Of a stretch of 64,000 bases of DNA, positions 36,318 through 45,477 are shown piece by piece. The notes below the pieces were generated by a model, which was not told the origin of the DNA, ran no database searches, and saw only the letters and a list, made by a program, of their open reading frames with translations. Source of the DNA: a virus; the IMG/VR virus record IMGVR_UViG_3300044633_000521. One strand, given 5' to 3'. The translations under genes were made by a program, and so were the position numbers. Positions within the stretch are counted from its first letter, which is position 1. Each line of letters starts with the position of its first letter.

Positions 36318-37616
36318 CTATTTGTAATAAATGCTATAGATTTCTTTAATATTTAAATCCAAATGATATGTTTGTACTCGGTCTAAACAGAAATGTATTT
36401 CATCGTGGTTGTCAGCAAACGTTGTTGATTCTAATAGTTGATCATATCGATCATATGCTCTTTGTATGTGCTTTGATCCCAATTTACGATACTGTTCTAA
36501 CTTTTCTTTAAGTTCTGGTATTACTGCTTTAGGTATAATCTCAATACCAAAATTAGTTTGCCGATTTAGTACCAGATTAACAGCTGATCCGTAATCTTGT
36601 GTTTTAGAACTGTACCTATCATCGAAATACTTCCAAAAATCTAATATATGATGGAAATTTAACGCTGTTATAGTACTAAGCATGTTTATTTTAATATGTT
36701 TTAGTTTACTGTCGCGTTGAATATTAACCCAGTCCATTAACATATCGACATTCTTTTCTATACTAGGCCAATGGCTCGGTGTACGCTGTATCGCAGCAAT
36801 TTCATCTTTGCCATCTAAACTTAGATTTATCCATAGATGATTGTGTTTGCTCAAACTATCCAATAGACGTTTATTAATGTTTGTACAATTAGTACTAGGC
36901 CAAACCTTAAGATTCGGGTGATGATCTACTTCTGCCAGATGATCAATAAAATCAACTACTTGAGGAATCAATGTAGGTTCACCGCCTGTAAAGAACATCA
37001 ACTGTATTTTTGATATATGGTCCTTAAAAATATCCTTAAGGTCTTGTTTTATTGGCCAGTCAAATGTTGTATTGAATGGTAACTGTGCTTCAACACTATG
37101 ATCTTCGGGGCGACCCAACACGAAACTAATCTCTTTTGGCGAGTCGTGATATCTGGCATAGAATTTTTGAAATTGTGTGCTAAAACCAGGATTACACATT
37201 TTACAGGCTAGATTACATAGATTACCGATACTCAATTGAAAATCGTATGCTAGATAATCGTCAGATAGTTCACCCCCATGGGTGCGGGCATACTCTATTC
37301 GATCTGTTATATTTTCTAATTTATTTCTTTCGTTAGCGGCTTCTAAGCGTATACTGTTACCTTGTGTATTATCTTCATTCTCCATGTCCCAACAATATCT
37401 ACATAACTCAGGCTTCTCTCCACGAATCATGGCTAATCTAGTTTCTTTAATTTGTTCGCTGTTCCATGCTTCAGTCAACGTATGGGTTTGTACATTGTAT
37501 ACCTTGCCCTGACTGTCACAGTGCTGTCCATTTGCGGCGGCGCAACAGAACTTAATATCTCCGTTAGGTTCTATATCAGTATGGACAAATGCAAATGCGC
37601 AAAGAGTATTACTCAT
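36318..37616 (-). CDS. Twitch-domain radical SAM protein
   Basis: N-terminal C..F.H...G..K.CC...C.YC; CNLACKMC; FTGGEP; SLDG. Confidence 0.9.
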   Translation of the reverse strand: MSNTLCAFAFVHTDIEPNGDIKFCCAAANGQHCDSQGKVYNVQTHTLTEAWNSEQIKETRLAMIRGEKPELCRYCWDMENEDNTQGNSIRLEAANERNKLENITDRIEYARTHGGELSDDYLAYDFQLSIGNLCNLACKMCNPGFSTQFQKFYARYHDSPKEISFVLGRPEDHSVEAQLPFNTTFDWPIKQDLKDIFKDHISKIQLMFFTGGEPTLIPQVVDFIDHLAEVDHHPNLKVWPSTNCTNINKRLLDSLSKHNHLWINLSLDGKDEIAAIQRTPSHWPSIEKNVDMLMDWVNIQRDSKLKHIKINMLSTITALNFHHILDFWKYFDDRYSSKTQDYGSAVNLVLNRQTNFGIEIIPKAVIPELKEKLEQYRKLGSKHIQRAYDRYDQLLESTTFADNHDEIHFCLDRVQTYHLDLNIKEIYSIYYK

Positions 37617-38796
37617 TAGTTAACACCTTATAAAATTCTGAAAAGATTTCAGCATAGGATTGCTCACGTAGTTTATCGTATAAATTTGTATGTCTCCAAA
37701 ACTCTTTTAATAGTTCTTGTGGATCTTCATAGTCTAATCGGATATAATCTATAATTTCTTTTACTTTAAAATCCCACGATGATTCAGTTAATCTTTTAAT
37801 ATTTAAATTATCTATAATCGCCTGTTTAACTGCTTGTGGGGCAATTCTTACATTTAAATAATTTGGCCTATGTACAATATTTACTGTAGTTTCAATACCC
37901 ATCGAATGAAAAAAGTTTAGATAATCTATTAGGTAGTAAACATTTAATAGACTTACAGTAATACATACACTAAATTTAATGCTAGTATTAAATTGTGCTA
38001 ATTGTTGATAACGCTTTAAATTTTCTAATACCTTAGACCAATTAGCAGGATAACGCATATATTCAAATTGATCAGCTATCCCATCTATACTTACAGCTAA
38101 TTCTACATGATTAAAATTAGCAAACAAGGTATTGAAGTCATCGTGCCATATGGTTCCATTGGTATTAATATGTATATCTTGATGCTTAGAAGATCCTGTG
38201 CTGACACTATGCCTTAATACTTCCAATAGCGGATTAATTAATAATGGTTCAGCGCCATATAAATCATAAAATACTATACCGTCGTTCCACTTTTTAAGAG
38301 TGTCCCACAAATGATTTTCATCGTCAAAACTATCTCTAATAGAATCATAACGGCTAGCATATTCTTTAAAAGTTATGTTACTAGTATGCTGAGTAGCAGT
38401 GTAATGATCTTTATACCACTTACTACTTACATACGGGTTACAGTGGCGGCAAGTTAGATTACATGCGTTGCCAGGCTTTAACATAAACACCCTAGGTTGA
38501 TCCATTGGCCGAACTTCAGCATAGTCCTGGTTTGCCCTAGTTCTAATGCTAGAGCGGCCAGCGGCTTCTTCGTCCCAACAATCGCGACAATTAGCATGCT
38601 GTTGACCATTTAACAATGCTTGTTTTATTTCTTGGCGGGTAGGACTATTCCACCCATCTTCAATCGAGTGAGAATCTAATCGAATAGTTTTTCCCAAGGG
38701 GTCTGTAAACAATGTGCGACTCTGATTACATACCGTAACCGTTCCGTCAGTTTGTGTGGCTAAACCCAAGTCTACTAGAGCACAATACTTATTCAA
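37609..38796 (-). CDS. Twitch-domain radical SAM protein
   Basis: N-terminal C...C...CRDC; CNLTCRHC; GAEP; NTNG; SIDG...EYMRYP..W. Confidence 0.9.
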   Translation of the reverse strand: MNKYCALVDLGLATQTDGTVTVCNQSRTLFTDPLGKTIRLDSHSIEDGWNSPTRQEIKQALLNGQQHANCRDCWDEEAAGRSSIRTRANQDYAEVRPMDQPRVFMLKPGNACNLTCRHCNPYVSSKWYKDHYTATQHTSNITFKEYASRYDSIRDSFDDENHLWDTLKKWNDGIVFYDLYGAEPLLINPLLEVLRHSVSTGSSKHQDIHINTNGTIWHDDFNTLFANFNHVELAVSIDGIADQFEYMRYPANWSKVLENLKRYQQLAQFNTSIKFSVCITVSLLNVYYLIDYLNFFHSMGIETTVNIVHRPNYLNVRIAPQAVKQAIIDNLNIKRLTESSWDFKVKEIIDYIRLDYEDPQELLKEFWRHTNLYDKLREQSYAEIFSEFYKVLTNE

Positions 38797-39952
38797 CCCA
38801 GTAATCCTTTAACTCAGGTAATTGATCAAATATACTATTGCCTCTATAAGCATCACGTAACGTAATAACACGACAGAATTCTAACCAAAGAGCTGTATCT
38901 TCTACAGCATTATCTAAATAATTCTCTACGGTAGCAATTAACTCGTGTATTTGATTAGTAGTAATTTCATTGTTAAACCTATGAGAGTACTGTTTAATTA
39001 TTGGCAGGTGTCTAGCTAATAGTGGCTTAGGTAGATTTGTGAATAAATGATAATTGGGACTATGTAATACAGCAAGATGAAACGTATTATCATCTTTAGC
39101 ATACCAATCTAATAGTTGCTCAACTCTTAACCAATTTAAATTACTAATAGTAGAATTAATTGCTAACTGCACTGTGTCGATTGATTTAAACTTTTGTAAA
39201 TTATCATTAAATTGTTGCCAATTACCAGGGAATCTTATATATTCGTTGAGTGCGCCAAAAGCATCAACACTTAGAGCAAGTTCAACTGTTTTAAATTTTA
39301 AGAATATATTGCGCCACGATTCGTTAAACACTGTACCATTGGATTGTATTTTAATAGTTAACCTTTTGGCCACTTCAGGGTCAATAGCTGTTAGCCATTG
39401 TTTAACCTGTGGGATAATCATAGTTTCGCCGCCACGCAGGTCTAATACTTCAATTTGATCTATATGTTTTTCAATACTTTCAAACATAGCATCAAATGTA
39501 TTGTTATCAAATGTAAAGTACTGTTGGGGAGTTGTGTCTAACTTTAATTCTATATTTTCAGTTAACATAGCTGAACTATCTTGTGAGAAGCACATTAAAC
39601 ATTTTAAATTACAATAGTTCCCCAAATGAAGTTCTATGGTTCGAAGTTGATTTGTATTAACTATATCCGCTAATTCTTTTTCATGTTTACGGTTAAAGTC
39701 TGTGCGCATACTGTAATTCCATGTGGCTTCAGCAGTATAACATGTAGCACACTGTTTTACAGGTACGCCAGCAAGCATATCAGCCTTAACCTGTTGCATA
39801 ACGGCGCCGTCAAAATAATCCTCTAAACGAACATCTCTAATATTAATTGAATTCTGATCCGAGGAGTAATTACAGCAAGGCAACAAAGCACCCGACGTTC
39901 TCATAGTAAGTCTAAAGAATGGAGCCGCACAGAAAGATTTATTGTTCAGCAT
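38789..39952 (-). CDS. Twitch-domain radical SAM protein
   Basis: FCAAPF..PCC...CATC; CNLKCLMC; GGET; SVDA...EYIRFP..W. Likely start MLNNKSF. Confidence 0.9.
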   Translation of the reverse strand: MLNNKSFCAAPFFRLTMRTSGALLPCCNYSSDQNSINIRDVRLEDYFDGAVMQQVKADMLAGVPVKQCATCYTAEATWNYSMRTDFNRKHEKELADIVNTNQLRTIELHLGNYCNLKCLMCFSQDSSAMLTENIELKLDTTPQQYFTFDNNTFDAMFESIEKHIDQIEVLDLRGGETMIIPQVKQWLTAIDPEVAKRLTIKIQSNGTVFNESWRNIFLKFKTVELALSVDAFGALNEYIRFPGNWQQFNDNLQKFKSIDTVQLAINSTISNLNWLRVEQLLDWYAKDDNTFHLAVLHSPNYHLFTNLPKPLLARHLPIIKQYSHRFNNEITTNQIHELIATVENYLDNAVEDTALWLEFCRVITLRDAYRGNSIFDQLPELKDYWVE

Positions 39953-41330
39953 GATATTTACACTCCTGCCAGAATTCTCGCATTTGAGGGAATACATTTA
40001 AAAAGCCGAGATTCCCAGTCTGCATATATTCATCACGTTTATCGTACTCATTAAAAAAACGATAAAAGTCAGCACGCTGTTCTTGAATATACTTAGATTC
40101 TTTGGGCTCTTTCATCCAAAGCAAGTTGCGTTCCATGCGCTGTATTTCGTAGTCCTTAAAGCCAACAAAGCTATCGTTGGGCATTTGATTAGCTCGCATA
40201 AATGCTATAACATCTTCTAATACTGTGTGATAACTTGCCGGAAGTATCTGTAGACTTTGCCAAGATGGACTGCGTAGTAAAGGTGTATCAAACCAAACAC
40301 GTTGGTAAGTTTCACTATACAATTCACGTTGATCTAATATAGTCTGCAATAACTGTTTTAATCCTAAGATGTTTAAATTACTCATTGTAATGATGTAGGT
40401 TAGACTATTGCGATAAGGTATATGTGTTAGGTAACGATGTACATACGAACTTACACGATGGTAGCTCATGCCCCTACGGATATACGCGGCCTGCGCAGGA
40501 TCTCCGCTGTCTATGCTAACATATTGCATAAAGTGTTCTATACGTTCACCCTCGCATAGTTGTTTAACTTTGTCTAGGTATTTGTCAAATAGTTCAGGCT
40601 CAACACTAAAGTTACTAGTTACGTCTACATGTAAATCACTCTTAGGCAAGGCTAAGATATAATCAAACACGCGATAGGTATTCTTATCCATAAGTGGCTC
40701 GCCACCAGTCATACGAAAGTGTTTTAAGCTACCGTATAGTTCAGGCCACCAACGCCAGAACGCTTCTACATAAGGATTAGCTTCACGTACAGGAATAGGC
40801 TTACGTCTACCCTCAAAATAACTAGGGTCATTATGCTTATTATTGGTAGGATATGCGCCAAATTTAGCTATATCTTTGCCCCATTCAGTTGAATATTGTG
40901 GGCTACAATAGCTACAGGCTAGGTTACAACCATGACTGAAGTTTACTTCTACATAACTAGGAGTAGCATCTTCTAGGCCTGTGCTGTTTACTATTGCATC
41001 AAAATGTTCTGCGGCCCAAGGTTCGCCACTACGATAGTGGCGATCACTTAATTGTCCGTTGTCTTCAGCACTCCAACAGTAACTACATTCGCCAGGACGT
41101 TCTTGTTTAAGCATGATAACACGTTGTTGTTTCTTATACGCTGTGTTATGTAGGGCACTAGGATTCGTTGCTAATGGGGCAGGATCTATTTCGTGTAGGG
41201 GTGGATGGTAACAACTATTAGTCATACCAGTTGTTAGATGTAGACTTACCTGTTGCCATTTAGCCAAGCAGAGGGCAGGACCTAATTGATCCTTCATTAG
41301 TTCTGCGCTTGACATAAAATCACTACTCAC
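39939..41330 (-). CDS. Twitch-domain radical SAM protein
   Basis: CLAKW...SCYHP...CSYCW; CNLACSYC; TGGEPL. Confidence 0.9.
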   Translation of the reverse strand: MSSDFMSSAELMKDQLGPALCLAKWQQVSLHLTTGMTNSCYHPPLHEIDPAPLATNPSALHNTAYKKQQRVIMLKQERPGECSYCWSAEDNGQLSDRHYRSGEPWAAEHFDAIVNSTGLEDATPSYVEVNFSHGCNLACSYCSPQYSTEWGKDIAKFGAYPTNNKHNDPSYFEGRRKPIPVREANPYVEAFWRWWPELYGSLKHFRMTGGEPLMDKNTYRVFDYILALPKSDLHVDVTSNFSVEPELFDKYLDKVKQLCEGERIEHFMQYVSIDSGDPAQAAYIRRGMSYHRVSSYVHRYLTHIPYRNSLTYIITMSNLNILGLKQLLQTILDQRELYSETYQRVWFDTPLLRSPSWQSLQILPASYHTVLEDVIAFMRANQMPNDSFVGFKDYEIQRMERNLLWMKEPKESKYIQEQRADFYRFFNEYDKRDEYMQTGNLGFLNVFPQMREFWQECKYHAEQ

Positions 41331-42219
41331 GAATCATCAGTCCTTGATTTTTAAAGTTACTCTTATAGTGGTGTTTGAAGAACGCACTTTCTTCCGGATC
41401 CATGTCTACGATAGGCAAGCCCAGAACACGCCTAAGGGCCTCACCCATCTCGCGGCAATTATCAGGTTCGTGATCTTTATACTTGTCCCACAACTCGGCC
41501 AGTACGTCAAAGTCTTGTACTTGACGATAATCCCATTCAGTACACATAGTCAACATAGTACCAGCACGGGCTCCGTATATTGCCCAGAAGCCGTTTTCTA
41601 CATCAGCACCTACACTTTGCCAAATACATAGATTATCATAGTTGCGACTATGTACACGATTGTTAAATTCTTGTTGCGAAGGCTTTGCTCCGCGGTCTAG
41701 ACACATCTTAACCCCCTCACGGAATCCAGCACGCCAGGCCTGAAAGGGAGTTTGGTTGGGATATGTTGTACTGTAGCAGTCTGCCATAGCCCAATAGTTT
41801 GGATAAAAACAAAACTCAACGTCATTGGCCGCACTACCATCACTGGCTTCATGAGTCTTCATTGCGTAGACAAAGTCTTTTGTCCAACAACTTAGCCCGC
41901 CATTACCATACTGTAGACCATTGATGTAGTTACGGGCACGCCAACGGAACACACAGTCTCTATTAGTGTCATCAAGTTTAAGTTGAAGGTTGAAGAACGC
42001 AGGATCAGGAAGATTGTCGCCATCAATAAGCACAAAGCGATCAGTACTACTAGCATCTGCGGCTGCTTTGTGTGCGGCATCAGTACCTTTGACTCCATCT
42101 ACTCTAACAGCCCAAGGCACCATGTTCTGTATTTTGATCCAGTTAGCTTCTTTATTAGGTTCATCATAGGTTAGGTATATTACATCCAAGTCTGCTACGT
42201 CAATTATTTCTATTGTCAT
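41323..42219 (-). CDS. GT-A-like glycosyltransferase / nucleotide-diphospho-sugar transferase
   Basis: YDEPN, GVKG.DAAH, IDGDN (DxD), YGNGG and AWRAGFREG motifs. Confidence 0.6.
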   Translation of the reverse strand: MTIEIIDVADLDVIYLTYDEPNKEANWIKIQNMVPWAVRVDGVKGTDAAHKAAADASSTDRFVLIDGDNLPDPAFFNLQLKLDDTNRDCVFRWRARNYINGLQYGNGGLSCWTKDFVYAMKTHEASDGSAANDVEFCFYPNYWAMADCYSTTYPNQTPFQAWRAGFREGVKMCLDRGAKPSQQEFNNRVHSRNYDNLCIWQSVGADVENGFWAIYGARAGTMLTMCTEWDYRQVQDFDVLAELWDKYKDHEPDNCREMGEALRRVLGLPIVDMDPEESAFFKHHYKSNFKNQGLMIRE

Positions 42220-42577
42220 AAAATTCTATATCCGTATATTCTTCGTCTGCTTCGACTACAATTCCAGCATGTCCTCTTACTATTTTAATACCTTTTGTGC
42301 TTTTTGTCAATTGAAAATAATGCATATATACAGGAGCAACATAAATTATTTTACCATCTACTAATCTTAAATTAGACCAATTGTGTGTAATATATAATTC
42401 TCTACTTATAGCGACCCAGTTATCTCCATCAGGGAATCCACTACCGGCAAACCCAGTTATCCAGTTGTTCTCATCATAATATGCTCGATATTCCTCGTTA
42501 ACATTCGATGGTATAAACGATTGCATTGCACTAAGGAATTCTTCTTCACCTATTATATTCATTAAATTCCTTTTCAT
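42200..42577 (-). CDS. Hypothetical phage protein
   Basis: About 125-aa ORF between glycosyltransferase-like genes. Confidence 0.55.
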   Translation of the reverse strand: MKRNLMNIIGEEEFLSAMQSFIPSNVNEEYRAYYDENNWITGFAGSGFPDGDNWVAISRELYITHNWSNLRLVDGKIIYVAPVYMHYFQLTKSTKGIKIVRGHAGIVVEADEEYTDIEFYDNRNN

Positions 42578-43379
42578 AATAATGCACTGGGCTGTATTGA
42601 TTCACATTATTGATACGTAAAATTTCTTTGTCGTATTCGATATTAACATGGTCTGTCCACGGTTGCGTGTCTGCCCAGCCTTGTATCTGTGGTTTCATGT
42701 GTACAAAGTTAAAGAAATCTAACGTAGGTATAGTACATTGTTCGATGCCTATTAATTTTGCAGTTAACGCAAATACTACATCGGTCGAGGGCAATTCATC
42801 GCATTGTATTAGTTGATCTTTTACAGTGCTCCAATTTGCATATATTAGTCGAGCTATTTTAAAAAATTCTGCTGCAGTCTGACTAAATCTAAAATAATAC
42901 ATGCCACTATAGACATTGGGTAAGTCATTAAGTTCGAATAATTTTCTATATGGTGTGTTAGTTATTGTTTGTTGTTGATAATTTTTGCAATTATAACTAA
43001 AGCATACATCGCGCAATCTTAGTGCATATAGCCAATGACTAATATCGCGTGTAAACAATAAATCACTTTCAAGTTTAATTGTTTCTTTAAAAGGTGTAAG
43101 GTAAAATACCTGCCATTCGTTTGACATTTTCCACTGTTCGTCTGTTGCATAATCTGTTGGTAATTCAATTATATAATCAAATACTGCTTTATGCTCATCA
43201 GTTACTACTGCTAGTGTAGGCGCATCGACAATAACTGCATATTGAGAATTGGGTTGAGTTGCTTTAATATTTTGCGCTTGTATATAGGCAAGGTTAAGAT
43301 AATCTGTTTGCTGATTATTTTGTGCAATGGTTAAAAACCCAACTTGCGATTTAAATTCACGCATTGATTGCATCCTCAA
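42546..43379 (-). CDS. GT8-like glycosyltransferase (GT-A)
   Basis: DYL.LA, FDYIIEL, TPF.ETI.LESD (DxD-like), YSG..YF, D..FA and HMK motifs. Confidence 0.65.
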   Translation of the reverse strand: MRMQSMREFKSQVGFLTIAQNNQQTDYLNLAYIQAQNIKATQPNSQYAVIVDAPTLAVVTDEHKAVFDYIIELPTDYATDEQWKMSNEWQVFYLTPFKETIKLESDLLFTRDISHWLYALRLRDVCFSYNCKNYQQQTITNTPYRKLFELNDLPNVYSGMYYFRFSQTAAEFFKIARLIYANWSTVKDQLIQCDELPSTDVVFALTAKLIGIEQCTIPTLDFFNFVHMKPQIQGWADTQPWTDHVNIEYDKEILRINNVNQYSPVHYYEKEFNEYNR

Positions 43380-44136
43380 TCAATATGTTACAATCATCCG
43401 ATAATAAGTACGCTTTACTCATAACATGCAATGACTGCTTTGGCATTGCCCATGCCTGTGTATCTGATTTAACTAGCAATTTTCCATCTTTTAATTTAAT
43501 TGACTGCACTTTATTGCAAAATGAAACAATAGGCCACGGCAAGTAATTTATTGGGTCTTGACAATACCCATTAAGAATATTATCTGCTATAGTAAACGCA
43601 TAATCATTGCGATAATTTGATTCGCGTATATTATACAGTTTTTTATAATAACTATAATTACGTTCAATTTTACCAATTAAATCAAACAATAATTTAGTAC
43701 GCGGAGTTTTATTAAACACAACAACTGTAGCCCATAATGTAGGTAAACTATAAGTACCCATGGCACCAGCGTCGGCTCCGTCTATATATGTATTGTGTCT
43801 GGCTATAGTATAATCATTGACTGTGTCTACAATTTTTAATAAATTATCATCAAATATCAAATAATCACTATCTAATAGTATAGTTTGATCATACGGACTG
43901 AGTGCGTATGCTTGCGCTCTACCAGCATTATTCCATTGTTCAAATTGACCGGAATCAATCGAATAACGTTGATTTTTACTTTTTATATTGTTAGTAATAA
44001 TAGTAACTGGTAACTTTAAATAATGCGAGATTAATCGACTAGCACGATGCGCAATAGCTTCATAATCTATTGTATCCGTGTTTGTTGCAAATAAGACAAC
44101 ACCCTTAGATTTTTCTGATTTGTTTAAGTTTGTCAT
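43357..44136 (-). CDS. GT8-like glycosyltransferase (GT-A), paralog of neighbour
   Basis: IDY..IA, SPYDQTILLDSD (DxD), WATVVVF.K, RND.AF and HVMSK motifs. Confidence 0.68.
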   Translation of the reverse strand: MTNLNKSEKSKGVVLFATNTDTIDYEAIAHRASRLISHYLKLPVTIITNNIKSKNQRYSIDSGQFEQWNNAGRAQAYALSPYDQTILLDSDYLIFDDNLLKIVDTVNDYTIARHNTYIDGADAGAMGTYSLPTLWATVVVFNKTPRTKLLFDLIGKIERNYSYYKKLYNIRESNYRNDYAFTIADNILNGYCQDPINYLPWPIVSFCNKVQSIKLKDGKLLVKSDTQAWAMPKQSLHVMSKAYLLSDDCNILIEDAINA

Positions 44137-44422
44137 GCTCGATATGCCACAAATTCATTATTGATTGATAATGCTCGCGTGCCGCTGTTAAAAATTCATC
44201 ACGATTAATCTTAATAGGATTAGAATAGACATCTTCTAAGAATAGTGTGTTATCTGGCCAAGTGGTTACAAATGCTAGTATTGCTGGGCTTATTAAAAAT
44301 AGTCCGCCGGCATGCACTAAATGTAGATCTGTTAAAATCTTTTCTTTAAGGGTATGTTTATTTTTTTGATAGTCGGTAGCAACACGAATTTGTTCCACTA
44401 ATTGTTCAACTGTTGATGTCAT
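44105..44422 (-). CDS. Hypothetical phage protein
   Basis: 105-aa ORF overlapping the GT gene. Confidence 0.6.
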   Translation of the reverse strand: MTSTVEQLVEQIRVATDYQKNKHTLKEKILTDLHLVHAGGLFLISPAILAFVTTWPDNTLFLEDVYSNPIKINRDEFLTAAREHYQSIMNLWHIEHDKLKQIRKI

Positions 44423-44451
44423 ATAAGTAATTATCTTAATAAATTATAGTC

Positions 44452-44478
44452 AAAATAAAAGCACTGGATAGTGCTCTT
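44452..44478 (-). terminator. Intrinsic terminator after the virion gene block
   Basis: AGCAC-TATCCA-GTGCT followed by TTTATTTT. Confidence 0.55.
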
Positions 44479-44507
44479 ATTATATTACATTATATGATAA
44501 GTGTCAA
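44479..44507 (-). promoter_or_regulatory. Consensus sigma70 promoter TTGACA-N17-TATAAT heading the GT/radical SAM block
   Basis: Read directly; the predicted start site falls inside the terminator hairpin. Confidence 0.75.
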
Positions 44508-44510
44508 CTG

Positions 44511-45464
44511 TTAGTTAACCGTTGCCGCTGGTGTTACTGTGCCCCATGTTGCTGAGATATTAGTGGATTCTGGTGGAGTAACGGTTACTGCCGCACGCAC
44601 AGTCATTGAAATTTGATCTTGTGCTGTGTTTGTTGAATCAGCAGCGCCATCATTGTAGTTAATTGTAAACGTTAATGTTGTTCCTAATCCGCCGTTTGCA
44701 CCTGCGGCTCCTGATACTTTACACAACACCTCAACATAATTGCTAGTATATGCAGCAGTAGTATCTGTTAATCTAATTAGTGTTTGATCTAAAGTTGTTA
44801 AATCCCAGAAACCAATACCACTACCGTCAGTAGTTAGTGTACCACCAACACCGGTGCGAGTATTTGTTGATTGATCAAAGTGCAATGTTCCAAATTTTGT
44901 ACCAAGTAAACTAGTCCAAGCAGTTTCTTTATTATTATCTGAGCCGCCTGCTGGTACACTTAAACTAATACCGATACGACCACCTGCATTAAAGAAATAA
45001 CGTGCTTGGTCTGCACTACCAAAAGTAATTGTACGTACTTGTTGGAATGTCGTTGGACTTGTTTGGGCCCATGTACCATCGTAGTTGGTAGTGCTCGGTG
45101 TTCCACGTGTGCTGTTAAAGTTTAAACGGTTATTATACGCATCTGTAACTTTACCACTCAGGGCACTTAAGTAAGCAATCAAATCGCCCGCAACTGGACT
45201 AGTTAAACCAGAACCGCTACCTGCTTGATGTGTTAACATGCTGTTTAAACGAGCAATCATAGTTGACCATTGAGTTGCTGTTACTGTGCCACCTGCTGTT
45301 ACCGCAGATAACACTGTAGATTGGCCGTATCCTTTGTTACCATTACCAACACCCCATACTGTATTGATATTTGCCACAGCATTATTAGCTGAGCCGTCAG
45401 CATTGCCTGTAGCAAAAACATTATAGTGGTCTCTTAATATTACGTCGCCTTGTGCGTATGCCAT
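44511..45464 (-). CDS. Virion structural protein
   Basis: MAY..G..I....YN, GYGQ, TA.QW and ARYFFNAGG motifs typical of jumbo-phage structural proteins; Thr/Gly-rich. Confidence 0.65.
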   Translation of the reverse strand: MAYAQGDVILRDHYNVFATGNADGSANNAVANINTVWGVGNGNKGYGQSTVLSAVTAGGTVTATQWSTMIARLNSMLTHQAGSGSGLTSPVAGDLIAYLSALSGKVTDAYNNRLNFNSTRGTPSTTNYDGTWAQTSPTTFQQVRTITFGSADQARYFFNAGGRIGISLSVPAGGSDNNKETAWTSLLGTKFGTLHFDQSTNTRTGVGGTLTTDGSGIGFWDLTTLDQTLIRLTDTTAAYTSNYVEVLCKVSGAAGANGGLGTTLTFTINYNDGAADSTNTAQDQISMTVRAAVTVTPPESTNISATWGTVTPAATVN

Positions 45465-45477
45465 TGTTTATTTCCTA

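Noticed and set aside
36318-41330. RiPP cluster with radical SAM/SPASM maturases
   Set aside because: No adjacent precursor peptide, RRE domain or transporter; the Cys domain is N-terminal twitch type and neighbours are glycosyltransferases.
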